This document shows positions 1-8,452 of a stretch of 64,000 bases of DNA, piece by piece; position 1 is the stretch's first letter, and the number at the start of each line of letters is the position of its first letter. Below the pieces are notes generated by a model. That model saw only the letters and a program-made list of their open reading frames with translations. It searched no databases and had not been told where the DNA came from. Origin of the DNA: an uncultured Phycisphaeraceae bacterium (GTDB lineage: Bacteria > Planctomycetota > Phycisphaerae > UBA1845); assembly GCA_964426945.1 (NCBI GenBank), contig CAYRSS010000009.1, positions 8,090-72,089 on the forward strand, given 5' to 3'. A program made the translations under genes and the position numbers.

Positions 1-824
1 GCGCGCCAAACTCACTTACAAACGCGACGCTCGACGCCGCGGGCACGAGCGGCGGCGGAACGGCGCTGTTCACCGTCGGTGGTGCGATTCACGCGCAGAA
101 CTGCATCCTCTCCGGCTCGCTGTTCACGGCTGAGGGCGGCACAATCCTGACTTCGCGCTGCTTGTACCCCGGAGCATCCGGCGACAACCTCGCCGGTTCG
201 GCAACCTTCATCGATGCAATCGGGGGCGACTACCGCCTCGGTCCAGGATCCCTCGGCATCGACGCGGCCGACTATGACGCCTACCTCTTGGCCGGGGGGA
301 TCTCCACCGATCTCGCCGGCGAGCCGCGCACGTTTGACGACCACGGCGTCACGAACTCTGGCGCCGGCAGTCCGAGCTATCTCGACATGGGCGCCCACGA
401 GCGGCAGTCCTCCTCGAGCGCCGGCGCGTGCTGCGTGGACGACACCTGCACGGACGGCGTGGAGCCGGATTCCTGTGGGGGCTTCGTCTGTGAGGTAGCC
501 GAACATCTGCCGGAGTCCTTCAACGGCTGCTACGGCGATTTGGACGGAAACGGCGTGGTCAACGCCGGGGACCGAGGATTCGTCAGCGCGAACGTGGGTC
601 AGATTGAGTTTAACTTCATCTGTCTGTACGACCTCGATGGCAACGGGGTTATCAATGCGGCCGATCGCGGATTCGTATCGGCCAACATAGGCCTGTGCAC
701 GCCGCTGCCGAATTACATGAACGGCAGCGGGCTGAACGCCGCCGGCACCGGGCCGGACACGCGCTTCGGCGCAACCACTTTCATGGGAGCCGGCACGACG
801 TGCGCCAGCGTGACCTGCCCGTAG
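1..824 (+). CDS. Secreted parallel-beta-helix repeat protein, C-terminal part, with two dockerin/EF-hand-like repeats (5' end lies left of window)
   Basis: Frame 3 is open from nt 3 with no stop and joins tracked ORF 162..824. It shows beta-helix-like GGTALFTVGGAIHAQNCILSGSLF, a GDYRLGPGSLGIDAAD motif and two copies of DLDGNGV(V/I)NA(G/A)DRGFVSAN. Stop TAG at 822-824. Confidence 0.6.
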   Translation, partial: APNSLTNATLDAAGTSGGGTALFTVGGAIHAQNCILSGSLFTAEGGTILTSRCLYPGASGDNLAGSATFIDAIGGDYRLGPGSLGIDAADYDAYLLAGGISTDLAGEPRTFDDHGVTNSGAGSPSYLDMGAHERQSSSSAGACCVDDTCTDGVEPDSCGGFVCEVAEHLPESFNGCYGDLDGNGVVNAGDRGFVSANVGQIEFNFICLYDLDGNGVINAADRGFVSANIGLCTPLPNYMNGSGLNAAGTGPDTRFGATTFMGAGTTCASVTCP

Positions 825-869
825 CCGCTGCCGCACCTGATTCCGATACGCTCACTTGGCTCACCAGCG

Positions 870-915
870 ACCGGGCGGCCCTGATTCGTGTCCGGGCCGC
901 CCGGTTCCATTTCTG
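870..915 (+). terminator. Candidate intrinsic terminator after the beta-helix protein gene
   Basis: Perfect 12-bp inverted repeat ACCGGGCGGCCC (870-881) / GGGCCGCCCGGT (894-905), followed by TCCATTTCTG. Confidence 0.5.
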
Positions 916-1547
916 CGGGGAAGACTGATGATGGCGGCAAAGGGGTCGGGCGTCGTCTCGCGACGTCAGGGTCTTGAGGGCGTCGCCTCGGGTGCGAGCA
1001 CCTGTGTGCCGACTGAGACGTAGGTGGACTCCCGACCCCTTCGGCAGGGCCGCACACCGCCCCAAAGAGATCATCCCGGCTCGTCCACGGGCCGGACACA
1101 ACCTACCCCCCAAGCCCACGATGGATCGTGGGCAACGACCAGCCCTGATGGGGAGGAGGGTAGGGATGGACTCCCTCAGCGGACGTGCGCACGGGAGCCA
1201 CTTCTACCGCCCACTGCACCCGCCTCGGCGCCAGCAGACACGCCTTCCCTTTGCGGCCTTTGCGCATTTGCGTGAGATATCTCCCGCCAAGGCTCGAAGC
1301 TCGCAATGAGCGGAGAGAAGGCAGGGTATCCCGGACCAGCCGCGACAAGCGCGGACCAGCCGGAGTCCGGAAGCAAACGCGCATGGGCTGGAAGCCCATG
1401 CCACAACCCAACGCCGGAGGAGTCTCGGCCGGTGCTCCCGGGCTGGAAGCTCACGCGCCGCGCAGGCACCGGCTGGATGCGGCCGCCGGATACGCCTCGG
1501 CCGATAGCCCCCGGCCACGTGTGGGCGCCTGTCGGGGTGAACGCGCG

Positions 1548-2777
1548 CTATTCGGTGAGCACGACCACGTCGTGCGGGTCGACGGAGAGGTTGATCGTCT
1601 GCGAGGTGGTGAGGCGGCCGCGGGGGCGGAGTTCATCGACGGTCACCCGGACACCCCGAGCGAGCTCCACGACGTGCTGGGCCACGTGGCCGAGGTAGAT
1701 CGACTCCACCACCCGGCCGGTGAATCGGTTGGCCTCATCCGTGCCGTCACCCGCGAGCCGGAACGCCTCCGGGCGCACGGAGAGGAAGACCTCCTGCCCC
1801 CGGCTGATGCTCGGCGGAGCCGCGGCACAGCGCACGGGACCGGCGATGCTGGTGAAGACCGCACCCGAGGCCAGCTGCCCGCCTCCGGCGGCCTCACGAG
1901 CCCTGCCGGGCGATGCTTCGCCTTCCGCGACCGCCCGCCCCCCGTCGGGGTGCGTGGCCGACCCGCCGGCGGTTCGTGCCCCCCCGCTCGCGGTCGTCGC
2001 GATAGCCACCCGACCGCCTGCCGGGGCCGTGGCGGGGTCGCCAGCCAGGCTCGCAGTGAGCAGGTTCGTGTGGCCGAGGAACCCGGCGACAAACCTCGTG
2101 GCCGGCCTGCTGTAGAGTTCGGCCGGGGGACCGACCTGGCACAGGCGGCCGTCGCGCATGACGGCGATACGGTCTGCCATCGAGAGGGCTTCTTCCTGAT
2201 CGTGGGTGACGTAGACGGTGGTCACCTTCGTTTCGGTGCAGATACGGCGAATCTCGCTGCGCATCTCGATGCGCAGCTTGGCGTCGAGGTTGGAGAGCGG
2301 CTCGTCGAGCAGCAGCACGTCGGGCTTCACCACCAGGGCGCGGGCGAGGGCGACCCGCTGCTGCTGGCCGCCGGAAAGTTGGCCGGGGCGGCGGTCGGCG
2401 AGCTCTTCCATGCGGACGATGCGCAGAGCCTCGGCCACGCGGTCGCGGGACTCGTCCCGCGCGACGCGGCGAACATTAAGCCCGAACTCAACGTTCTGGC
2501 GCACCGTCATGTGTGGCCACAGGGCGTAGCCCTGAAACACCATGGCGGCGTTGCGCTTGCCGGTGGGCAGATGCGTGACGTCGCGCGGGCCGAAGTGGAT
2601 CGAGCCGCCGGTGGGATCAATGAGACCGGCGATCATGCGCAGGAGGGTGCTCTTGCCGCAGCCTGACGGGCCGAGGAGAAAGAACAACTCCCCCTCGCCA
2701 ATGGTCAGGCTGACGCGGTCTACCGCGGTCGTGGCCGCGAAGGCCTTGGTAACGTCGTGTAGCTTGATCTGCATCAT
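1548..2777 (-). CDS. ABC transporter ATP-binding protein (PotA/MalK/FbpC type) with C-terminal TOBE-like domain
   Basis: Walker A GPSGCGKST, signature LSGGQQQRVALARAL, Walker B LLLDEPLS, H-loop YVTHDQ. Start MMQIKLHDV at 2777. The tracked 756-aa ORF is an upstream extension antisense to the dioxygenase gene. Confidence 0.85.
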   Translation of the reverse strand: MMQIKLHDVTKAFAATTAVDRVSLTIGEGELFFLLGPSGCGKSTLLRMIAGLIDPTGGSIHFGPRDVTHLPTGKRNAAMVFQGYALWPHMTVRQNVEFGLNVRRVARDESRDRVAEALRIVRMEELADRRPGQLSGGQQQRVALARALVVKPDVLLLDEPLSNLDAKLRIEMRSEIRRICTETKVTTVYVTHDQEEALSMADRIAVMRDGRLCQVGPPAELYSRPATRFVAGFLGHTNLLTASLAGDPATAPAGGRVAIATTASGGARTAGGSATHPDGGRAVAEGEASPGRAREAAGGGQLASGAVFTSIAGPVRCAAAPPSISRGQEVFLSVRPEAFRLAGDGTDEANRFTGRVVESIYLGHVAQHVVELARGVRVTVDELRPRGRLTTSQTINLSVDPHDVVVLTE

Positions 2778-3112
2778 GGCGTTCGAACCGGCCCGTCCGG
2801 GCGTCCAGGCGACTGGGGCCGCCGCGTCGCGGCCCGAGCGGAATTCTACGCACCGGGGCCGACCGCCGCTAGCCGTGCCCGCGTCCGCCCGGGGCTGAGC
2901 CCGTCGCCTCGGATCAGACCGGACGAAAGGCGGGGCTGAGGCTGCTCCGGGGCAACGTTCGATAGTGCCACGACATGGCACTCTCGGTCGCACCGGTTGA
3001 CGCCTTCCCACCCCGCGGTGGCGATTCCGCTCCGCGTGGACGGGCCGGACAATCCGCCAAGGCGCGGACCGCCGTGCCGGACGGGCCAGGCGTCCGCGCG
3101 GCCCTGCCCGCG

Positions 3113-3142
3113 TTGACGCGGCTTTCGTCAGGGCGTTAGAAT
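3113..3142 (+). promoter_or_regulatory. Candidate sigma70-type promoter for the dioxygenase/ACMSD pair
   Basis: TTGACG (3113-3118), 18-nt spacer, TAGAAT (3137-3142), about 70 nt upstream of ATG 3213. Confidence 0.3.
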
Positions 3143-3212
3143 CCTGGCTCAGAATCGGCGACAAGCCTCCAGCCGCGCTGGCCGGCCGGGGCGCAACCAA
3201 GCGGAGACACCC

Positions 3213-3743
3213 ATGGTCACCCTGAACCCGTTCAGCCTCAAGCAGTGGGTTAACGAGAATCGGCACATCCTCAAGCCGCCGGTGGGCAATGCGCAGCTGT
3301 TCAAAGAACTCAGCCCCGACTTCATCGTCATGATCGTGGGCGGCCCCAACGCGCGGAAGGACTTCCACGTCAACCCGACCGAGGAGTTCTTCTACCAGAT
3401 CGAGGGGGACATCACCCTGCGCCTCATGGAGAACGGCAAGGAACGCCACGTGCCGATCAAGGAGGGCGAGATCTTCCTCCTTCCCGCCAACACGCCGCAC
3501 TCGCCGCAGCGCCCCGCCGGCACCGTCGGCATGGTGATCGAACGCCGGCGCCCGGAGGGACACAACGATCACCTGCGCTACTACTGCGAAAGGTGCGGCA
3601 CGGTGCTGTTCGATCCGGACTTCTACCTGACGGACATCGTCAAGCAGCTCAAGCCGCTCATGGAGCAGTTCTGGGCGGATGAGAACCTGCGTACCTGCAA
3701 GAAGTGCGGCACCGTGATGCAGCCGCCCGCCCCGGCGAAGTAG
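3213..3743 (+). CDS. nbaC: 3-hydroxyanthranilate 3,4-dioxygenase
   Basis: Cupin core with metal ligands in FHVNPTEEFFYQIEG and PANTPHSP. C-terminal rubredoxin-like CERC...CKKC pairs as in bacterial HAO. Size 176 aa. Confidence 0.9.
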   Translation: MVTLNPFSLKQWVNENRHILKPPVGNAQLFKELSPDFIVMIVGGPNARKDFHVNPTEEFFYQIEGDITLRLMENGKERHVPIKEGEIFLLPANTPHSPQRPAGTVGMVIERRRPEGHNDHLRYYCERCGTVLFDPDFYLTDIVKQLKPLMEQFWADENLRTCKKCGTVMQPPAPAK

Positions 3744-3794
3744 CCGCATCACTGGCGAGCCGCGTTGACCGCGCCCCCGGCAGGGATCCGTTTG

Positions 3795-4811
3795 TTGAAG
3801 ATCGATCTGCACACCCACATTCTACCGGAGCGCTGGCCCGATCTGCGCGAGCGCTACGGCTGCGGTGGCTTCGTCGCCCTGGACCATCACGCGCCCTGCC
3901 GTGCGCGGATGATGATCGACGGCAAGTTCTTCCGCGAAATCGACGAGCGTGCCTGGAGCGCCCAGCGTCGCTTGGCAGACTGCGACCGCGACGGCGTAGC
4001 GGTTCAGGTGCTGTCGACGGTGCCGGTGATGTTCAGCTACTGGGCCCGGCCTGAGCACGCGCTCGATCTGTCGCAGATGCTCAACGACCACATGGCCGGG
4101 GTGGTGCGTGGCGCGCCGCGCCGATTCGTCGGGCTCGGCACGATTCCGCTGCAGGCGCCGGACCTCGCCTGCCGCGAGCTGGAGCGCTGCGTCCGCGAGC
4201 TGGGGCTGGCCGGCGTGCAGATCGGCAGCCACGTCAACGACTGGAACCTGAGCGATCCCGCCTTGTTCCCGGTTTTCGAGGCCGCCGCAGAGCTTGGCGC
4301 GGCGGTCTTCGTTCACCCGTGGGACATGATGGGCAAGGAGCGGATGACGAAGTACTGGCTCCCCTGGCTCGTCGGCATGCCGGCGGAGACCTCGCGGGCG
4401 ATCTGCTCGATGATCTTCGGCGGGGTGTTTGAGCGACTGCCGAAGCTGCGCGTGGCCTTCGCCCACGGCGGCGGCACGTTTCCCTTCACGCTGGGGCGGA
4501 TCGAGCACGGCTGGCGGGTGCGGCCCGATCTCTGTGCGGTGGACAACCCGCACAACCCGCGTGACTACGTCGGCAAGTTCTACTTCGACTCACTGGTACA
4601 CGACGCGGAGGCGCTGCGATTTCTCCTCCGGCTGGTGGGCGAGCAGTGGATCGCGCTGGGTTCTGACTATCCCTTTCCGCTGGGTGAAGCGGTGCCGGGT
4701 GGTCTCATTGACTCGATGACCGACCTTACCCCATCGACGCGCGAGCGGCTCTGCTGCGGGACGGCGATGGAGTTTCTCGGGTTGACCCGCGCGGCCCTCG
4801 GGCCGGGATAA
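3795..4811 (+). CDS. 2-amino-3-carboxymuconate-6-semialdehyde decarboxylase (ACMSD, amidohydrolase_2 family)
   Basis: N-terminus (M)[28 protein letters not shown] matches the canonical ACMSD start, and the C-terminal part is amidohydrolase-like. Start uncertain: TTG 3795 is preferred over the tracked TTG 3765. Confidence 0.85.
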   Translation: MKIDLHTHILPERWPDLRERYGCGGFVALDHHAPCRARMMIDGKFFREIDERAWSAQRRLADCDRDGVAVQVLSTVPVMFSYWARPEHALDLSQMLNDHMAGVVRGAPRRFVGLGTIPLQAPDLACRELERCVRELGLAGVQIGSHVNDWNLSDPALFPVFEAAAELGAAVFVHPWDMMGKERMTKYWLPWLVGMPAETSRAICSMIFGGVFERLPKLRVAFAHGGGTFPFTLGRIEHGWRVRPDLCAVDNPHNPRDYVGKFYFDSLVHDAEALRFLLRLVGEQWIALGSDYPFPLGEAVPGGLIDSMTDLTPSTRERLCCGTAMEFLGLTRAALGPG

Positions 4812-4819
4812 AGGCCGCT

Positions 4820-5506
4820 TCAGACGGAATGTGCGGGCTGCGACTGCCGCTCGAGCACGAGGGCGGCGAGCCGCTCGACCACGTCATGAATGGTCATATC
4901 GCTGGTGTCGATGAGGATGGCTGACCCCGGCGCCAGAAGCGGCGCCCACTGGCGGCTGTCGACCTTGTCTCGACGACGCAGATTGTCGAGCACTTCGGCG
5001 AACTCGACCTCTTCCCCCTCGGCGACCATTTCCTGGTGGCGGCGCTCGGCGCGCTTCTCGATCGACGCTTCGAGGACGATCTTCAGCTCGGCATCGGGGA
5101 AGACCACGCTGCCCTGGTCGCGGCCTTCGGTGACGAATGAGCCGAGGCAGCGGCCGAGGGTGCGCTGCTGATCAACGAGCAGGTTGCGGATGGGTTGATT
5201 TCGGGCGACGGTCGAGGTCCGGTTGCTGACCGCCATGCTGCGGATGACCTCGGACACATCGTGCCCGTCGACGCGGACGCGGGTGTGGGTGGGGCCGCAG
5301 TCGAGTTCAAGGCGGATCGCCCGCGCGACGTCGAGCAGGGCCCGGTCGTCGGTGAAATCGACGTCGCGTTCCATCGCCGCATAGGCAATGGCCCGGTACA
5401 TGGCCCCCGTGTCGAGGTAGGGCCACTCAAGCCGGGCCGCGAGCTTCCGTGCGGCCGTGGACTTGCCCGACCCCGCCGATCCATCGATGGTCACGATCAT
5501 ACCCAT
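4820..5506 (-). CDS. cmk: Cytidylate kinase
   Basis: IVTIDGSAGSGKSTAARKLAARLEWPYLDTGAMYRA P-loop and CMP-binding signature. Size 228 aa. Confidence 0.95.
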   Translation of the reverse strand: MGMIVTIDGSAGSGKSTAARKLAARLEWPYLDTGAMYRAIAYAAMERDVDFTDDRALLDVARAIRLELDCGPTHTRVRVDGHDVSEVIRSMAVSNRTSTVARNQPIRNLLVDQQRTLGRCLGSFVTEGRDQGSVVFPDAELKIVLEASIEKRAERRHQEMVAEGEEVEFAEVLDNLRRRDKVDSRQWAPLLAPGSAILIDTSDMTIHDVVERLAALVLERQSQPAHSV

Positions 5507-5593
5507 CGATCATAGCCGACCCGCGGGGAAGTTCCATCGAAAAACCCGCGGACGGTCGAGCGATCGGATCGGCGGCTGCCGCGCGCCTCGTCC

Positions 5594-6175
5594 TCAGTGG
5601 CCTGCGGAGCCGTTCACGCCGTTTTCGATCAGCGCCGTCAGCACGCGCGGTTCGAGCGGCTTGCTCAGCCAGCCCGAGAAGCCCTCCTGACGAAGGGATT
5701 CACCGCGACCCGCTTCGAGGTTGCTGCCGATGGCGAGCAGACGCGAGTCCTTCATGTCCTCGCAGCCGCGGACGAAGCGGATGAGCGCCTTCGTGTCCAT
5801 GCCGGGCATGTCGACGTTGATGACGAGGATCTCCGGCTTGCACCGCCCCGCCTGGTAGCCGGCGTCGAACGCAGAACCGGCGGTGGTCACACGATAGCCA
5901 TCTTCCTCGAGCGCCCGGCCGAGGGACTCGGCGTAGGTTGAGTCGGCGTCCGCCACGAGGATGGTCGTCTGGCCGGTTTCAAGCCCGTTGAGCGGGATGT
6001 GGTTGGCCCGCATGAACTTGACCAGGGCTTCCAGCGGGATGCGCCGATCCTTGCTGCCGGGGATCCGGTAGCCGTGCAGGTGGCCTTCGTCGAACCACTT
6101 CGATACGGTCCGGGGGGCGACGCAGCAGATCTTGGCCACCTGTCCCGTCGTCAGGACTGTCTTGCCTGGCTTCAT
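5594..6175 (-). CDS. Response regulator with N-terminal excisionase/MerR-type HTH and C-terminal receiver domain
   Basis: N-terminal LTTGQVAKICCVAPRTVSKWFDEGHLHGYRIPGSKDRRIP (HTH_17-like). Receiver domain with ILVADAD, phospho-acceptor context LVINVDMPGMD and LSKP. Confidence 0.8.
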   Translation of the reverse strand: MKPGKTVLTTGQVAKICCVAPRTVSKWFDEGHLHGYRIPGSKDRRIPLEALVKFMRANHIPLNGLETGQTTILVADADSTYAESLGRALEEDGYRVTTAGSAFDAGYQAGRCKPEILVINVDMPGMDTKALIRFVRGCEDMKDSRLLAIGSNLEAGRGESLRQEGFSGWLSKPLEPRVLTALIENGVNGSAGH

Positions 6176-6562
6176 GAGCTGATGTGGTCTTTGCGGTCAG
6201 TCGGGCCGCGACGTCCGCGTCGTAACCGCTGGGCGGCTCACGACAGATCCAGCCTCCAAAGAGCCGGCGGATGTCCATCTGCCCGGACGGTCAAAGCATC
6301 GGCAAACGACACAGCCCGATTTAACGCGCAGACCGCGTCATCCGTCGCGTCGGGCACGCGTGATAAAAGCCGTTTGTTCGCCAGCGGTGCACCGCACGGC
6401 GCCAGCTTCCTCGGCGGCGCGGACCGCAGTGAGGCGCCTGATCCGTGCGTCGTCGCAGTCCTTTATCGGTGCGGACGATAACAAGGCGAAATGCGGCGAA
6501 TCTGCTGGGAAACAGCGCGTTGAAGCGCCGATCCCACGTGCCGTGGTCCGGAAACGCAGAGA

Positions 6563-6590
6563 GACGCCGACGACCTTGGTCGCCGGCGTC
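6563..6590 (-). terminator. Candidate terminator downstream of the PEP-CTERM gene
   Basis: Near-perfect 13-bp inverted repeat GACGCCGACGACC / GGTCGCCGGCGTC. On the minus strand it is followed by TCTCTGCGTTTCC. A second hairpin CAGGCGA-TGGCG-TCGCCTG lies at 6620-6638. Confidence 0.35.
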
Positions 6591-6649
6591 CCTCGTGCAT
6601 CATCTCTCGTGTGCGCGGTCAGGCGATGGCGTCGCCTGCCGACGTGAAA

Positions 6650-7444
6650 CTACGACATGCGACGACGGACCCAGCCGATCATCGGCATGCCGAGCGCCGC
6701 AAGGGCGAGGGCGGCCGGAGCCGGAACCGGACGGATCGACTCGAGCTGAAGGATCAGATCGTTGAAGTCGATGTTGCCCTCTTCGAAGGGGAGCGAACCG
6801 TCGTTGGCCAACCCCTCGAACGCGAAGTAGTGGTGGAACAGGTCCGAGTTGAAGTTGGTCCCGCCGATCGTGACGGCCTCACCGGTCGCCTCGTAGGCCA
6901 GGATCTGGGCGTTACCGCCGTTCAGGCTGTCCTCGGTGTACCAGGTGACGTTGCCGCCACGGCCGATGTCCGGCGTGGTCATATACAGGCCGAACTGGTG
7001 GCCGAAGTCGGCCTCCTGGTCGATGATCGTCAGCGTGTCGAGATCGATCGTCCGGACGCTGTTGCCAATGAACTGGATGATCACCTGGCTGCCGGCGCTG
7101 TAGTTCGACACCGGGTTCAGGATGTCAACCTTCTTGCTCGGATCGGCGTACGAGTAGAGGCCGACCGAGGTGCTGCCGGCAAAGCCCCACGTCACGGTGG
7201 CGACGTAGGTCGTGGCGACGGCGCCGCCGGTGGGCTCCCAGATGGCCTGCGCCATCTGGTCGTTGATGATGTCAACGTCGTAGCTGCCGTCGTTGGCCAT
7301 CGAGTCGAGGGCGTCCTTCAGGGCGGACAGGTCGCCCGTGACGGGCCGGACATTGGTGAGGCCGGCCTGGGCGGCGGTGGCGCCGATCATCATGGCCAGG
7401 GCCGCCACAAACGTTGCGATCATGTTCTTCATCATGTGCTTCAT
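6650..7444 (-). CDS. Secreted PEP-CTERM-type sorting-signal protein with DUF4114-like region
   Basis: Signal peptide MIATFVAALAMMIGATAAQA. C-terminal tripartite tail PVPAPAALALAALGMPMIGWVRRRMS. A DFNDLILQL motif lies just upstream. Confidence 0.75.
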   Translation of the reverse strand: MKHMMKNMIATFVAALAMMIGATAAQAGLTNVRPVTGDLSALKDALDSMANDGSYDVDIINDQMAQAIWEPTGGAVATTYVATVTWGFAGSTSVGLYSYADPSKKVDILNPVSNYSAGSQVIIQFIGNSVRTIDLDTLTIIDQEADFGHQFGLYMTTPDIGRGGNVTWYTEDSLNGGNAQILAYEATGEAVTIGGTNFNSDLFHHYFAFEGLANDGSLPFEEGNIDFNDLILQLESIRPVPAPAALALAALGMPMIGWVRRRMS

Positions 7445-7517
7445 CCTCCTGGGAATTACAAGCCTGCAAGCGAAACAAGTCAGTCGTTCAGAAATCTGCT
7501 GTTGCGAGTCGTTGCTG

Positions 7518-8096
7518 TTACGCTTGTGAGCTGCCCGGAGGACCGCGCCCCTGATACGGCAGGAGCGCCTGCTGTGAGCCGCCCTTCACCGAACGCGGCA
7601 CACCGATCCAGACGGACGCCCTCGGGGTCGCCGCCGGTTCACACGGACAGCACAGCGGAAGCGCGAAAACCTGGAAGTCATACGCGTGCGAGCGCCCGAT
7701 CTGCGTCGGGCCCTCCACGTGATACCAGTCCGGAAACGACGCGAGCTGCCAGTGACGGGCACCCTTCAACAGGTGCCACACCGCGACGCTCGCCAATGCC
7801 GACATCAGCAGTTCGCCCGTGCCGGGTACGGGCGGGATCTCGCGGATCACCATGCCGTCGGTGACCCAGCCCGACTCGGATGCCGCAGCCGATGGCGGCG
7901 TCGCGAGGGGCAGCGAGGAATCCCGAGAGCCGAACCAGCCGACCTGCCCGGCGGGCTGAATCGGCGTCGGCGCGATCCTGCGGGCCACGCGAATGCCGCC
8001 GACAGATCCCGGTGCGGAGAGGTCTGCGCGAACGTCGGGCGTCGCGGCAAACAGCGCCGCGGTGGCCGTCAGGATGAGCGCTGACCTGCGAATCAA
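7518..8096 (-). CDS. Hypothetical secreted protein, first gene of a pair with the PEP-CTERM protein
   Basis: TTG start with G-rich SD-like tract upstream. Signal peptide IRRSALILTATAALFAATPDVRA. Lies 73 nt upstream of the next gene on the same strand. Confidence 0.5.
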   Translation of the reverse strand: MIRRSALILTATAALFAATPDVRADLSAPGSVGGIRVARRIAPTPIQPAGQVGWFGSRDSSLPLATPPSAAASESGWVTDGMVIREIPPVPGTGELLMSALASVAVWHLLKGARHWQLASFPDWYHVEGPTQIGRSHAYDFQVFALPLCCPCEPAATPRASVWIGVPRSVKGGSQQALLPYQGRGPPGSSQA

Positions 8097-8108
8097 TGGA
8101 GTAGTCTT

Positions 8109-8117
8109 CCCCCCCCC
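8109..8117 (-). repeat. Homopolymeric G9 tract (C9 on plus strand) 12 nt upstream of the TTG start at 8096
   Basis: Read directly: ...tcttCCCCCCCCCgtgg... This is the longest homopolymer I noticed in the window. Confidence 0.9.
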
Positions 8118-8380
8118 GTGGCGGCAGCGACGTTGCGTGGTCCCTGATCGGCCGTACCCCGCCGGATCCCGGAGGATCCGGCCGGCCTGGACCGCGCCCG
8201 GCGCGCTGCTGTTCGTACATCCTTAGCCATCGGCCACGAGCGGGTCAACGAGAGAAATCGCGACCAGCCGGGGCTTCGCGGCGCGGCGCGGATTATTCGA
8301 CGTCGCTTGGTTATGGGCCGGGCGATCGAGCCGATCCTGACGACAATCGATCGTGCTTATCAGGACGTGCGGCAAACGAG

Positions 8381-8414
8381 CCGGGGCGATCTGCCAAGCG
8401 ACAGATCACCCCGG
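8381..8414 (-). terminator. Candidate terminator after ccsA
   Basis: 13-bp stem CCGGGGCGATCTG / CAGATCACCCCGG (1 mismatch), 8-nt loop, followed on the minus strand by GGCTCGTTTGCC. Starts 39 nt after the ccsA stop. Confidence 0.4.
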
Positions 8415-8452
8415 TGAGGCTGACTGATGTGCGGTCCGGCGGCCGGCTCGCG

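Noticed and set aside
1185-2666. 493-aa plus-strand ORF
   Set aside because: It is antisense to the well-supported ABC ATPase. The Arg/Gly/Ala-rich, motif-free translation is typical of high-GC antisense frames.
2779-2800. tRNA T-loop-like GGCGTTCGAACCGGCC
   Set aside because: The flanking bases do not form a T-stem or any acceptor or anticodon arm.
2778-3818. Upstream 347-aa extension of the ABC ATPase ORF (tracked as 1548..3818, 756 aa)
   Set aside because: The extension is antisense to the clearly coding 3-hydroxyanthranilate dioxygenase gene and has no protein-like features. The canonical ABC N-terminus begins at MMQIKLHDV (2777).
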